NCBI GenBank assembly: GCA_964489555.1
Contig: CAZAZF010000006.1
Location: 42,592 to 106,591 of the forward strand
DNA from: an uncultured Oscillospiraceae bacterium
GTDB taxonomy: Bacteria > Bacillota > Clostridia > Peptostreptococcales > Anaerovoracaceae
Length of the DNA stretch: 64,000 nt
Reading direction: 5' to 3'
Shown here in pieces: positions 39,555 to 48,025 of the stretch. Each line of letters starts with the position of its first letter. Position 1 is the stretch's first letter. The position numbers and the translations under genes are program-made. The notes under the pieces are model-generated. The model saw only the letters and a program-made list of their open reading frames with translations, was not told where the DNA came from and searched no databases.

Positions 39555-41249
39555 ATGGCCACTATATTAAAAAATGCAAAAATCTATACTATGAATGAGA
39601 AAGATTTCTGGGCGGACATTTTAGTATATGAGGGCGAATGGATTCAATATGTGGGCAAAGAAAAAGAGAAAGCATGGCTGGAGTATGCGGGAACGAATCC
39701 TAAAATAGTCGACATGAAAGGAAAAATGATTCTCCCCGGCTTTGTGGATAGCCATACCCATCCGGGAATGGTGTCTCAAAGCTCTTGGCACATCAAATTG
39801 CCCTGGACAGAAGACCCGGAAGAATTGCTGGCATTTGTAGCAGACTATGGCAGGAAGCATCCCAAAGAGGAAATTCCGTTTCTCTATTTTGAGTATTACC
39901 CCACCAGCATGTTTGGAAACAAAGGGCCTACCAAAGAACTATTGGACCAGGCCATTTCAGATCGGCCTTGTTTGTGCCAGGATTTTGGAGACCACATGCA
40001 TTGGGTTAACACAAAGATGCTGGAAATGATGGAGGTGGACAAAAACACTCCAGACCCCACCCCGGGTTTGGAGATGTTTGTTCGAGACAAGGATGGGGAG
40101 CCAACCGGCTGGATTAAGGAATACGCATGGTATCATTTTGCCGATACCTTGTACAAAAATATCGGATGGGAACCCCCGATGAAGATGACGCCTGAATTGT
40201 TGGAACCGTTCTTTCTATTTTTGGAAGACAATGGAATTACGGCCATGGGAGAAGGGATTTTGGAGGGGGAAGCTCAGCTGAAGGCTATGAAAACCTTAGA
40301 GGAACAAGGGAAGCTTCATGTATACTATGACGGCTTGTTACGGTTTTGGAGTTATAAGGAGCTACCGGAAAGAATCCAGGAAATACGAAGATATCAAGAG
40401 GTATACACCAGCAAACGCATCAAAATTCATACCATGAAATTGTTTTTGGATGGAACCAATGAAAGCGGAAACAGTGCACTTTTAGAGCCTCATCTTAACG
40501 ATCCGGAGAGGAAAAACCGAGGAGAAATTAAGATGTCCACCGAAGAGTTGAAAGATTGTATGGTACTTCTGAACAAGGAAGGGTTGGATTTGCACATACA
40601 TGTGGTGGGAGATCGTGGATTCCGAGTGGCTTGTGATGCTGTGGAAATGGCTCAAAAAGAGGCAAGACAGCAAAAAGATCCATGGGTTATGCAGGTGGTC
40701 CTGGCGCATTGTGAGTTGGTTCACCCTGATGACAGAGAAAGGCCTGCTAAACTGGGAGTCACCATCAATTGGTCTTGTCACTGGGCCGGAGGGTATTTCG
40801 GAGAAGAAGCCATACCTTTCATAGGCCGGGAAAAATGGGAGTCTATGTATCAATTCAATCCAATGATTGATAGTGGCGCTTTGGTAGCCTTGTCAAGTGA
40901 TGTGGTAACTTTTTATGAGTTGCACAGAGCCAATCCGTTTTTTGGAATGCAAGTGTCCAACACTCGGGTGGATCCGGAATTTGCCTTGGATGACAAGATC
41001 TATCCAGGTGGAATGCGTCCTCAGAAAGAAGCTTGCCTGAGTCGGGAATTTTTATTGAAAGGGTACACCCTTAATGGAGCAAAACAACTTAGGTGGGATC
41101 ATATAATGGGGTCTTTAGAGGCTGGGAAACTGGCCAATTTAGTAGTTCTCAATGAAGATTTATTTCGGGTTCTGGAAATGGAAATTCGAAACATTCAACT
41201 GGATGCGGTGGTCTTTGAGGGGAAAGTACTTCGAGGACAGTTAGGGTGA
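39555..41249 (+). CDS. Amidohydrolase-3 family metal-dependent hydrolase (YtcJ-like)
   Basis: PGFVDSHTHPG (HxH), HIHVVGDRG, AHCELV and SSDV metal-ligand pattern. 564 aa. Confidence 0.75.
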   Translation: MATILKNAKIYTMNEKDFWADILVYEGEWIQYVGKEKEKAWLEYAGTNPKIVDMKGKMILPGFVDSHTHPGMVSQSSWHIKLPWTEDPEELLAFVADYGRKHPKEEIPFLYFEYYPTSMFGNKGPTKELLDQAISDRPCLCQDFGDHMHWVNTKMLEMMEVDKNTPDPTPGLEMFVRDKDGEPTGWIKEYAWYHFADTLYKNIGWEPPMKMTPELLEPFFLFLEDNGITAMGEGILEGEAQLKAMKTLEEQGKLHVYYDGLLRFWSYKELPERIQEIRRYQEVYTSKRIKIHTMKLFLDGTNESGNSALLEPHLNDPERKNRGEIKMSTEELKDCMVLLNKEGLDLHIHVVGDRGFRVACDAVEMAQKEARQQKDPWVMQVVLAHCELVHPDDRERPAKLGVTINWSCHWAGGYFGEEAIPFIGREKWESMYQFNPMIDSGALVALSSDVVTFYELHRANPFFGMQVSNTRVDPEFALDDKIYPGGMRPQKEACLSREFLLKGYTLNGAKQLRWDHIMGSLEAGKLANLVVLNEDLFRVLEMEIRNIQLDAVVFEGKVLRGQLG

Positions 41250-41275
41250 GGTAACACAAGCGGGTGAAAATACGA

Positions 41276-41305
41276 ACAGTGAGGCGGCACACAGTGAGGC
41301 GGCAA
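41276..41305 (+). repeat. Tandem 15-bp direct repeat (2 copies) upstream of the AraC-gene promoter
   Basis: ACAGTGAGGCGGCAC ACAGTGAGGCGGCAA. Confidence 0.8.
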
Positions 41306-41308
41306 AGG

Positions 41309-41337
41309 TTGTTTAGTTAAAGAAAACCATATATAAT
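41309..41337 (+). promoter_or_regulatory. Promoter of AraC-family regulator gene
   Basis: TTGTTT-N17-TATAAT. This rules out the listed Met at 41336 as the start. Confidence 0.5.
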
Positions 41338-41362
41338 GAACTTACCTTGGGGGGGTAAGCTC

Positions 41363-42703
41363 ATGTACATGGAACCCGTTTTTTTTCAAAAGGATTTGCC
41401 CGTGGCCTTGGAAGTGGAAGAGGTTACCAGTTGCCATCTTCACTGTCATGAAGGCGTCATTGAAGTCTTGCTGTTGCTGGAAGGGGAAGCGGAAGTGAAG
41501 GTGAGCTTTGAGCACTTCCCCATGAAAGCAGGAGATTTTGTAGTCATTAACAACGGAGACTCTCATTCCATTTATGCTTTGGGCAGGGATGCGGTGATTC
41601 TTTCCTTATATTTTGATATACAGCAATTGAAAGAACATATTCCTTATTTGGAGTATGTTCTTTTTGCTTGCGAGTCTTTCGATTTGGTTAAATACAAGAA
41701 CGAAACCCATAAGCTTCGTAAAATGTTGGGGAATATGGCCGTTGCCATGGTGGAAGGAGAGCAGGTGTCTAACTTGTACAAATTGTCCGTAGACTTGATA
41801 TCTCTCCTGGCCCGGGATTACGATACCAAGAATTATTATTCCAGGAACTGGGATGCGGGAGAAAAAAAGACGGAAAAATACTATCGGATTATGGGGTACA
41901 TCTACCGGGACTATTCCAGGCCGAATTTAGTAGAACACATTGCTGAAAATGAGCATTATTCCAAATCTCATATTGTTCATCTATTCAAAGAGGTATGTGC
42001 CAGTAGTTTTCAAGATGTGCTGGCTTATATCCGATTGTCGAAAGCAGAAAAGAGGTTACTGGATACCAACTGTACCGTACAACAGATTTCAGATGATGTA
42101 GGATTCTCGGATGTAAAATACTTCACCAGGAATTTTAAAAAATGGTTTCGCTGTACGCCCTCGGAATATCGGAAACTGTATCAACCTGAGGTGTCGAAAG
42201 GCAGTGTATCCCGTCCCTTGAAGAAAGAGGAGTGGGTTTCAAAAGTGAAGGAGTGTCTTCAGGAAGGTAAGGAAGAGACCACATACCGGGGAGCCATCAC
42301 ACCTTTAAATGTAACTGACCGAGAAAACTGGGAAAGATATTGGCGGGAGGAAATGGAGGAACAAGAAACGGAACAAGAGCCTTTTCTCAAGTTGGTGTCT
42401 TTTGAAATCGGAGAGGCTACCGATTTTCATTTGCTGATGGAAGCGGTGAGCAATGTTCGTAAAGAAGGAAGAAAGTGTGTCCTTTCGGTTCAAATGAGGG
42501 ATATGAATGCTTTGAAACTTCGTGAACTGCTGATGAAGTGTTCGGATTCAGTGGCGGGCAGACCGGATACGGTGGGCCCTGTGGATGTTCAATTGATTTA
42601 TTCCTCCAATCAAGAAAAAAAGATGATGGAAAATGCGCTGAAGCAAGGCCATCACAAAATGCAGCATATATGTGTTGAGGGGATTATGTTATTGAAAATA
42701 TAG
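41363..42703 (+). CDS. AraC-family regulator with N-terminal cupin, central HTH and an extra ~170-aa C-terminal region
   Basis: Cupin (GDFVVINNGDSHSI). AraC HTH pair (...IAENEHYSKSHIVHLFKE..., ...ISDDVGFSDVKYFTRNFKKWFRCTPSEYRK). A long uncharacterised tail follows. Confidence 0.8.
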   Translation: MYMEPVFFQKDLPVALEVEEVTSCHLHCHEGVIEVLLLLEGEAEVKVSFEHFPMKAGDFVVINNGDSHSIYALGRDAVILSLYFDIQQLKEHIPYLEYVLFACESFDLVKYKNETHKLRKMLGNMAVAMVEGEQVSNLYKLSVDLISLLARDYDTKNYYSRNWDAGEKKTEKYYRIMGYIYRDYSRPNLVEHIAENEHYSKSHIVHLFKEVCASSFQDVLAYIRLSKAEKRLLDTNCTVQQISDDVGFSDVKYFTRNFKKWFRCTPSEYRKLYQPEVSKGSVSRPLKKEEWVSKVKECLQEGKEETTYRGAITPLNVTDRENWERYWREEMEEQETEQEPFLKLVSFEIGEATDFHLLMEAVSNVRKEGRKCVLSVQMRDMNALKLRELLMKCSDSVAGRPDTVGPVDVQLIYSSNQEKKMMENALKQGHHKMQHICVEGIMLLKI

Positions 42704-42779
42704 GGAGGTTCATTTTCCGGAAGTATTCTTGGAAATCCCTTCTGATTTGTTGTATACTCAAACTATCGGGAGGTTTTTT

Positions 42780-43496
42780 ATGGCAAAATTTGTGATTGAA
42801 CAGGGCTTTTGGGAGTTGTTTCCGGAAGCGGAAATCGGGATTGTGACGGCCTCTGGAGTGGACAATAAACTCATGGGTCAAGAGGATGTTTTGGAGGAAA
42901 TCGGCACCTTGCTGGAGGGGGCTAATTGGGAGGCGAAAAAACATTTCACCGAGGAAGTATTCAGCGAAAACCCGGTAATTGCGGTTTGGCGGCAAGCTTA
43001 TCAGAAATTCAAGACCAAAAAAGGAGTCCGCTGCTCCATTGAGGCGCTGTTGAAGAGGGTGGAAAAGGGAAATCCGGTTTCATCCATCAATCCCTTGGTA
43101 GATCTGTATAACGCGGTGTCTTTAACCTATGGAATTCCCTGTGGTGGTGAGGACATAGACAGCTTTCAAGGAAATTTGGTGTTGACCATTGCCCAAGGGG
43201 GAGAATCCTTTCTGGCCTTGGGGGATGAATTAGAAGACCCTGCTCTGCCGGGGGAAGTAATCTATCGGGATGAACTGGGAGCGGTTTGCCGTTGCTGGAA
43301 CTGGCGGGATGGGCAGCGTACTATGCTGACGCCGGACACCACCCGTGCCTTCCTGATTATAGAAAGCGTAGACCCTACCCGGAAGAAGACGTTCCAAGAA
43401 GCCACAGAACAATTGGCAGACTGGGTTCATCGATATACCGGGGCAGAGGTTGGAATTACTTTTTTGCATCAAACAAACCGGGAAATGGAGCTATAG
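42780..43496 (+). CDS. Free-standing B3/B4 (PheT-like tRNA-binding/editing-fold) domain protein
   Basis: ATG 42780 (MAKFVIEQGFW). Motifs AVWRQAYQKF, SIEALLKRV..G...SINPLVDLYNAVSL, RCWNWRDGQRT. Confidence 0.65.
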   Translation: MAKFVIEQGFWELFPEAEIGIVTASGVDNKLMGQEDVLEEIGTLLEGANWEAKKHFTEEVFSENPVIAVWRQAYQKFKTKKGVRCSIEALLKRVEKGNPVSSINPLVDLYNAVSLTYGIPCGGEDIDSFQGNLVLTIAQGGESFLALGDELEDPALPGEVIYRDELGAVCRCWNWRDGQRTMLTPDTTRAFLIIESVDPTRKKTFQEATEQLADWVHRYTGAEVGITFLHQTNREMEL

Positions 43497-43499
43497 AGA

Positions 43500-44066
43500 T
43501 TGAGTTTTTTAGAACTGATACTAATTGCGGTAGGCCTATCCATGGATGCTTTTGCCGTATCCATATGCAAAGGATTGTCCACTGGCGGTTCCCAAAAGAG
43601 GAATGCATTGATTATTGGCCTTTTTTTTGGTGGATTTCAGGGAGCGATGCCTCTCATTGGCTGGGGCCTAGGAACTGGTTTTGCTCCATATATTATTCCT
43701 TTTGATCACTGGGTTGCCTTTGTGCTGTTGGCGATTATTGGGGGGCGTATGATTTGGAGCGCTCTTCATCCGGAGCAGGAAGATTCTTCTTGCCAGATTT
43801 TGAAACTGAAAGAAGTGATGCTCCTGGCCATCGCTACCAGCATCGATGCCCTGGCGGTGGGAATTACCTTTGCCTTCCTTCATGTATCCATTCTACCGGC
43901 CGCCAGCTGGATTGCTCTGGTGACCTTTTCTCTGTCTTTTTTGGGAGTGCTCATCGGCAATCGTTGCGGAAGTTCTTTAGGAAAAAGAGCGGAACTGGTA
44001 GGCGGTGTCGTGTTGGTTTTCATTGGAGCGAAGATTCTCTTGGAGCATTTAGGAGTGATGGGATAA
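43500..44066 (+). CDS. mntP: Manganese efflux pump MntP
   Basis: TTG start. LSMDAFAVSI and SIDALAVGITFA duplicated DUF204 motifs. 6 TM. Confidence 0.88.
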   Translation: MSFLELILIAVGLSMDAFAVSICKGLSTGGSQKRNALIIGLFFGGFQGAMPLIGWGLGTGFAPYIIPFDHWVAFVLLAIIGGRMIWSALHPEQEDSSCQILKLKEVMLLAIATSIDALAVGITFAFLHVSILPAASWIALVTFSLSFLGVLIGNRCGSSLGKRAELVGGVVLVFIGAKILLEHLGVMG

Positions 44067-44801
44067 ATGAAATATCAGCAAGTGGTGGAAGGATTCTTTC
44101 TGGAGCGACCCAATCGCTTCGTGGCGTTTGTCACCATAAAAGGAGAAACCCATCGTGTTCATGTGAAAAATACCGGCCGTTGTCGGGAACTTCTTCTCCC
44201 CGGTAGCCGGGTTTTTTTGTCCAAGTCTGATAATCCCAATCGTAAGACAGCATATGACTTGATTGCGGTGATGAAGGAAGGACCTTTTGGGAAAAAAGAT
44301 GCCCCCCATCTTTTGGTGAACATTGATAGCCAGGCTCCCAATGCTGCCTTTGGAGAGTACGTGCGGGCTGGATACTTTCTTCCCGGAGTGGAGAAAGTGA
44401 AGGGGGAGTTTACCTATGGAAACTCCCGACTGGATTATTACTTGAAAACTCAAGGCAGGGAGGTCTTGTGTGAAATAAAAGGGGTTACTTTGGAGGAACA
44501 GGGAGTGGCCTTGTTCCCTGATGCTCCCACAGAGCGGGGAATCAAACACTTGATGGAGCTAATCCGTGGGGTGAAGGAAGGGTACGATGCTTATGCGGTT
44601 TTTGTGATTCAAATGAAGGGGACTCATACCTTCTCCCCTCACGATCGAATGCACCCGGAATTTGGAGAAGCGGTGAGAGAGGCCAAGAACAATGGGGTGA
44701 AGTTGTTGGCGCTGGAATGCGATGTGACCCCGGAGCGACTTTTCTTACCGAAGGAGGCAAAGTCTATTCCCGTGGTTCTATCCTCCGCCCATGACCGATA
44801 A
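44067..44801 (+). CDS. sfsA: SfsA-family DNA-binding/nuclease-fold protein (sugar fermentation stimulation protein)
   Basis: FLERPNRFVAFV...HVKNTGRCRELL...EIKGVTLE...FPDAPTERGIKHL pattern. Confidence 0.88.
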   Translation: MKYQQVVEGFFLERPNRFVAFVTIKGETHRVHVKNTGRCRELLLPGSRVFLSKSDNPNRKTAYDLIAVMKEGPFGKKDAPHLLVNIDSQAPNAAFGEYVRAGYFLPGVEKVKGEFTYGNSRLDYYLKTQGREVLCEIKGVTLEEQGVALFPDAPTERGIKHLMELIRGVKEGYDAYAVFVIQMKGTHTFSPHDRMHPEFGEAVREAKNNGVKLLALECDVTPERLFLPKEAKSIPVVLSSAHDR

Positions 44802-44903
44802 AAACCTATGATTTCAATTAAAACTGTTTAAGAAAGTCGTAAGAAAAAGCCCGAACCTTTGTTAAGATTTCTAAGCTATCCTTATACATACAGGAGGGGA
44901 AAG

Positions 44904-45590
44904 ATGAAGATCTTAGTATGTGACGATGACCGGGAGATTGTGAATGCCATTGAGGTGTACCTAAACAACGAAGGATACGAAGTGTTGAAAGCCTATGACG
45001 GGTTGGAAGCTCTCCGTATTCTGGATCATGAAGAGGTACATTTGGTGCTGATGGATATCATGATGCCAAATCTGGATGGACAGCGGGCCACCATGAAGAT
45101 TCGGGAAGAAAAAAACATTCCCATCATCATGCTTTCGGCGAAAAGTGAGGATTACGATAAAATCACGGGGCTGAATTTAGGCGCCGACGATTACATCACC
45201 AAGCCCTTCAATCCTTTGGAGCTGATCGCCCGGGTGAAAAGCCAGCTGAGACGGTATGTGAATCTGGGCAGCCTGGAGAAAAAGACAGGAGTCTGCAAAA
45301 CCGGAGGGTTGATCATTGATGACGAATCCAAGCAAGTGAATTTGGATGGAGAGCAGGTGGTGGTAACGCCCATCGAGTATGGAATTCTAAAATTTCTTAC
45401 GGAAAATGCTGGCAAGGTATTCTCTATGGAGCAAATTTATGAAGCGGTTTGGAAAGAACCTGCCTTTAATCCGGAAAACACGGTGGCGGTTCACATTCGT
45501 CGCATACGAGAAAAGATTGAAATTGATCCCAAGAATCCAAGATATTTAAAGGTGGTGTGGGGAATTGGATACAAAATCGAAAAACTTTAA
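44904..45590 (+). CDS. OmpR/PhoB-family response regulator
   Basis: GGAGGGG plus ATG 44904. Receiver (ILVCDDD...LMDIMMP...SAKS) and winged helix (VWGIGYKI). Confidence 0.92.
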   Translation: MKILVCDDDREIVNAIEVYLNNEGYEVLKAYDGLEALRILDHEEVHLVLMDIMMPNLDGQRATMKIREEKNIPIIMLSAKSEDYDKITGLNLGADDYITKPFNPLELIARVKSQLRRYVNLGSLEKKTGVCKTGGLIIDDESKQVNLDGEQVVVTPIEYGILKFLTENAGKVFSMEQIYEAVWKEPAFNPENTVAVHIRRIREKIEIDPKNPRYLKVVWGIGYKIEKL

Positions 45591-45633
45591 TCAAAAAGGC
45601 AACGGCAGAAATAAAGGAGGGCTATACCCTTTG

Positions 45634-47298
45634 ATGTTCATCTTGTGTGGATTGGGATTCCTGGCCTTCGTGGCGGGGTTGATTGCCTTGCAAGTGGCGC
45701 CGTACCACTATGGAGGTTCCTATTTCGGAGCCGGGCTGGACTATTTCTTGAATAGCATGTGGGATGCAAACAGGGGTTCCTATGGAAATCCTTGGGGTTG
45801 GAGCATGCTGGGAGCAGGAGTCTTTATGGTAGGGGGGGCTTTGGTGGCCCTGGGCTCTTTTATCTATCTTTGTGTTCGAGTAGGAGACCGGGATTCTGAG
45901 GGAAAAATTATTCTCCGGGGAATCGACCGTTGGTATACGGAAATACAACTTTTCATGGTAGGCGGAATTTTCGTCTTGTTTGGAATCATTTATGTGCGAT
46001 TTACCTATGAGCTTATAGAAAAAATTATTTATACCGGCAACATAAGTTTCCATCCCATGATTCCCTTTGCGGGGATGGGAATGGTTGGAAGTCTGACGGC
46101 ATCCATCGCTTTGATTGCTGGATTGTCGGGAGCCTATTTGGGCTTGTGGTTCCTTCTCTCTATGGTGAAAAAACTGAAGGCGGGAACTTTTCTTCGTCAG
46201 TCTCTGACTGCCATCTTCGTTTTGTTTCTCCATCGGATCTTTTTCCGAAGCGGAAGCACCATGCAGAAGGTAGTGATTGCTTCTATTTTATTAATACTAT
46301 TGTCCGCCACCGTATTTTTGGCACCGGTGGTGCTGGTGGTGGTCCTGGTGTTCGCCCCGAAATATGTGCGAAAGTACGATGCCATTAAGCAGGGGGTGGA
46401 AGAAGTGCGAAACGGAAACCTGACCTATCAGATTCCGGTGCCGGAAGGAGATCATTCTGAGTTGGACGACATTGCCCGCAACATCAATCAGATTTCCGAA
46501 GCGGTGAATATCACCGTGCAAAACGAATTAAAAAACCAACGGATGAAGGCGGAATTGATATCCAATGTATCTCATGATTTGAAGACTCCCTTAACCTCTA
46601 TGGTGACCTATATCGACCTACTAAAGCAGGAAGGATTGGGCAGTCCCAGAGCGACGGAGTACTTGGGTGTTTTGGACAACAAAACCAATCGACTGCGCCA
46701 ATTGACGGAGGACCTGTTTGAAGCGGCCAAAGCCGCCAGCGGGGCCATGCCGGTGAGACTGGAAAAAGTAGAGTTGATTTCGTTAATCAACCAAGGGCTG
46801 GGAGAGCTGGATGAAGGAATCAATGAATCCGGCTTGGAATTCATCCTAAACAACCAAAAGGAAAAATATTATGTGTGGGCTGACGGCCAGCTAATGTGGC
46901 GTGTGATGGAAAACATTCTGGGCAACGTTCTGAAATATGCCCAGCCGGACACGCGGGTCTATATGGATGTTCGAGAAGAAGTGGGAGGCGAAGGAGCAGA
47001 ACCGGATATGGTTATCTTCGAAGTGAAGAATATCTCTCGCCAGTCTTTGAACATCGATGCCGAGGAATTGATGGAACGATTCAAGAGGGGAGATGAAGCC
47101 CGCAGCTCCGATGGCAGCGGCTTGGGTCTCAGCATCGCCAAGGATTTGGTGAAGCTTCAAAAGGGGGTATTTGAAGTAAAAATAGACGGAGATTTGTTCA
47201 AGAGTATCGTAGTGCTCAATCGCTATCTGGAATCAGAGGACTCGAAGGATGAGAATTCTCCCAAGCCTCCAACGGAGACTCTTCAAGAGGAGTCGTAA
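45634..47298 (+). CDS. Multi-TM sensor histidine kinase
   Basis: AAGGAGGG RBS before TTG 45631/ATG 45634 (the listed ORF opens at TTG 45565). H-box SNVSHDLKTPLTSM, N-box NILGNVLKYA, G-box GSGLGLSIAKDL. About 6 predicted TM helices. Confidence 0.88.
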   Translation: MFILCGLGFLAFVAGLIALQVAPYHYGGSYFGAGLDYFLNSMWDANRGSYGNPWGWSMLGAGVFMVGGALVALGSFIYLCVRVGDRDSEGKIILRGIDRWYTEIQLFMVGGIFVLFGIIYVRFTYELIEKIIYTGNISFHPMIPFAGMGMVGSLTASIALIAGLSGAYLGLWFLLSMVKKLKAGTFLRQSLTAIFVLFLHRIFFRSGSTMQKVVIASILLILLSATVFLAPVVLVVVLVFAPKYVRKYDAIKQGVEEVRNGNLTYQIPVPEGDHSELDDIARNINQISEAVNITVQNELKNQRMKAELISNVSHDLKTPLTSMVTYIDLLKQEGLGSPRATEYLGVLDNKTNRLRQLTEDLFEAAKAASGAMPVRLEKVELISLINQGLGELDEGINESGLEFILNNQKEKYYVWADGQLMWRVMENILGNVLKYAQPDTRVYMDVREEVGGEGAEPDMVIFEVKNISRQSLNIDAEELMERFKRGDEARSSDGSGLGLSIAKDLVKLQKGVFEVKIDGDLFKSIVVLNRYLESEDSKDENSPKPPTETLQEES

Positions 47299-48025
47299 TC
47301 TCCGTCAAATGCTGCCAATAACGCACCGGCATGAAATTCCTTTGGCATTTCCTGTTGGTGCGTTGTTTTATTGCAATGGTTTCGAAGTAGGTTTTCCAAA
47401 GGGCCCGAACTTGTTTCTCCTCCTGAGATAGGGGAGGAAGATCATCCGGGGTAAAAGTAGTAATCACATATTCTCCTTGAGATGAAACCAAGGCTTTGGC
47501 CCGGCGGGTGTCGTGCATGATGAAGTTCTCTTGTGAAAACCGATCGCAAAAGTGGTGAGCCAGAAGCTGAGTCACATCGTGGTCCGGGGTGATGGGAGCA
47601 TAGAGAATGTCTCCTGTCATTTGGGAAAACCGAACCAACCCTTGAAGGCGATGAACTTCAAAGGAAACCTTTTTCTCCATTTTTGTAAAACGGGCCACTA
47701 CGGGATGGCCATGATACATGCCGATGGAAGAGCCCTTTCGAAACCCCAGAACCAAATAGTCCAGTAGGATTTTTTCTTTATCCGGGTCCGACGATAGAAA
47801 CCCCCGGTAGAGTCGAATTTGGTCGTATCCCGAAAACTTCTTCTCTATGGCATGGTACACTTTTTCCGCCATTTCCGGATTTGTCTCCACCTGAGTAGCC
47901 TGAGATGTGAAGGAATGCTGGTAGGTAGAGGATGGCTGAATATCATGAGCCGGCTCCCGGTAATAGTGGTGGTGAATGCAAGTCAGGAATCCTTCCCAAG
48001 TTTTATCATATAGATAGTCCATCAT
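47216..48025 (-). CDS. TIGR03915/DUF4130-type putative DNA-repair protein (partner of the radical SAM protein)
   Basis: MMDYLYDKTWEGFLTCIHHHY N-terminus, typical of the family. Translationally coupled (ATGA) to the upstream radical SAM gene. The 3' end overlaps the convergent kinase gene by 83 nt. Confidence 0.7.
   Translation of the reverse strand: MMDYLYDKTWEGFLTCIHHHYYREPAHDIQPSSTYQHSFTSQATQVETNPEMAEKVYHAIEKKFSGYDQIRLYRGFLSSDPDKEKILLDYLVLGFRKGSSIGMYHGHPVVARFTKMEKKVSFEVHRLQGLVRFSQMTGDILYAPITPDHDVTQLLAHHFCDRFSQENFIMHDTRRAKALVSSQGEYVITTFTPDDLPPLSQEEKQVRALWKTYFETIAIKQRTNRKCQRNFMPVRYWQHLTEITTPLEESPLEAWENSHPSSPLIPDSD

Noticed and set aside
43440-43500. yybP-ykoY manganese riboswitch in front of mntP
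   Set aside because: mntP starts 3 nt after the preceding stop codon, so there is no room for a leader. mntP appears to be co-transcribed with the B3/4 gene.
43286-44206. Alternative-frame ORFs 43286-43705 and 43754-44206
   Set aside because: They overlap the B3/4, mntP and sfsA genes, which have clear family signatures. Their products are Arg/Gly/Cys-rich frame artefacts.
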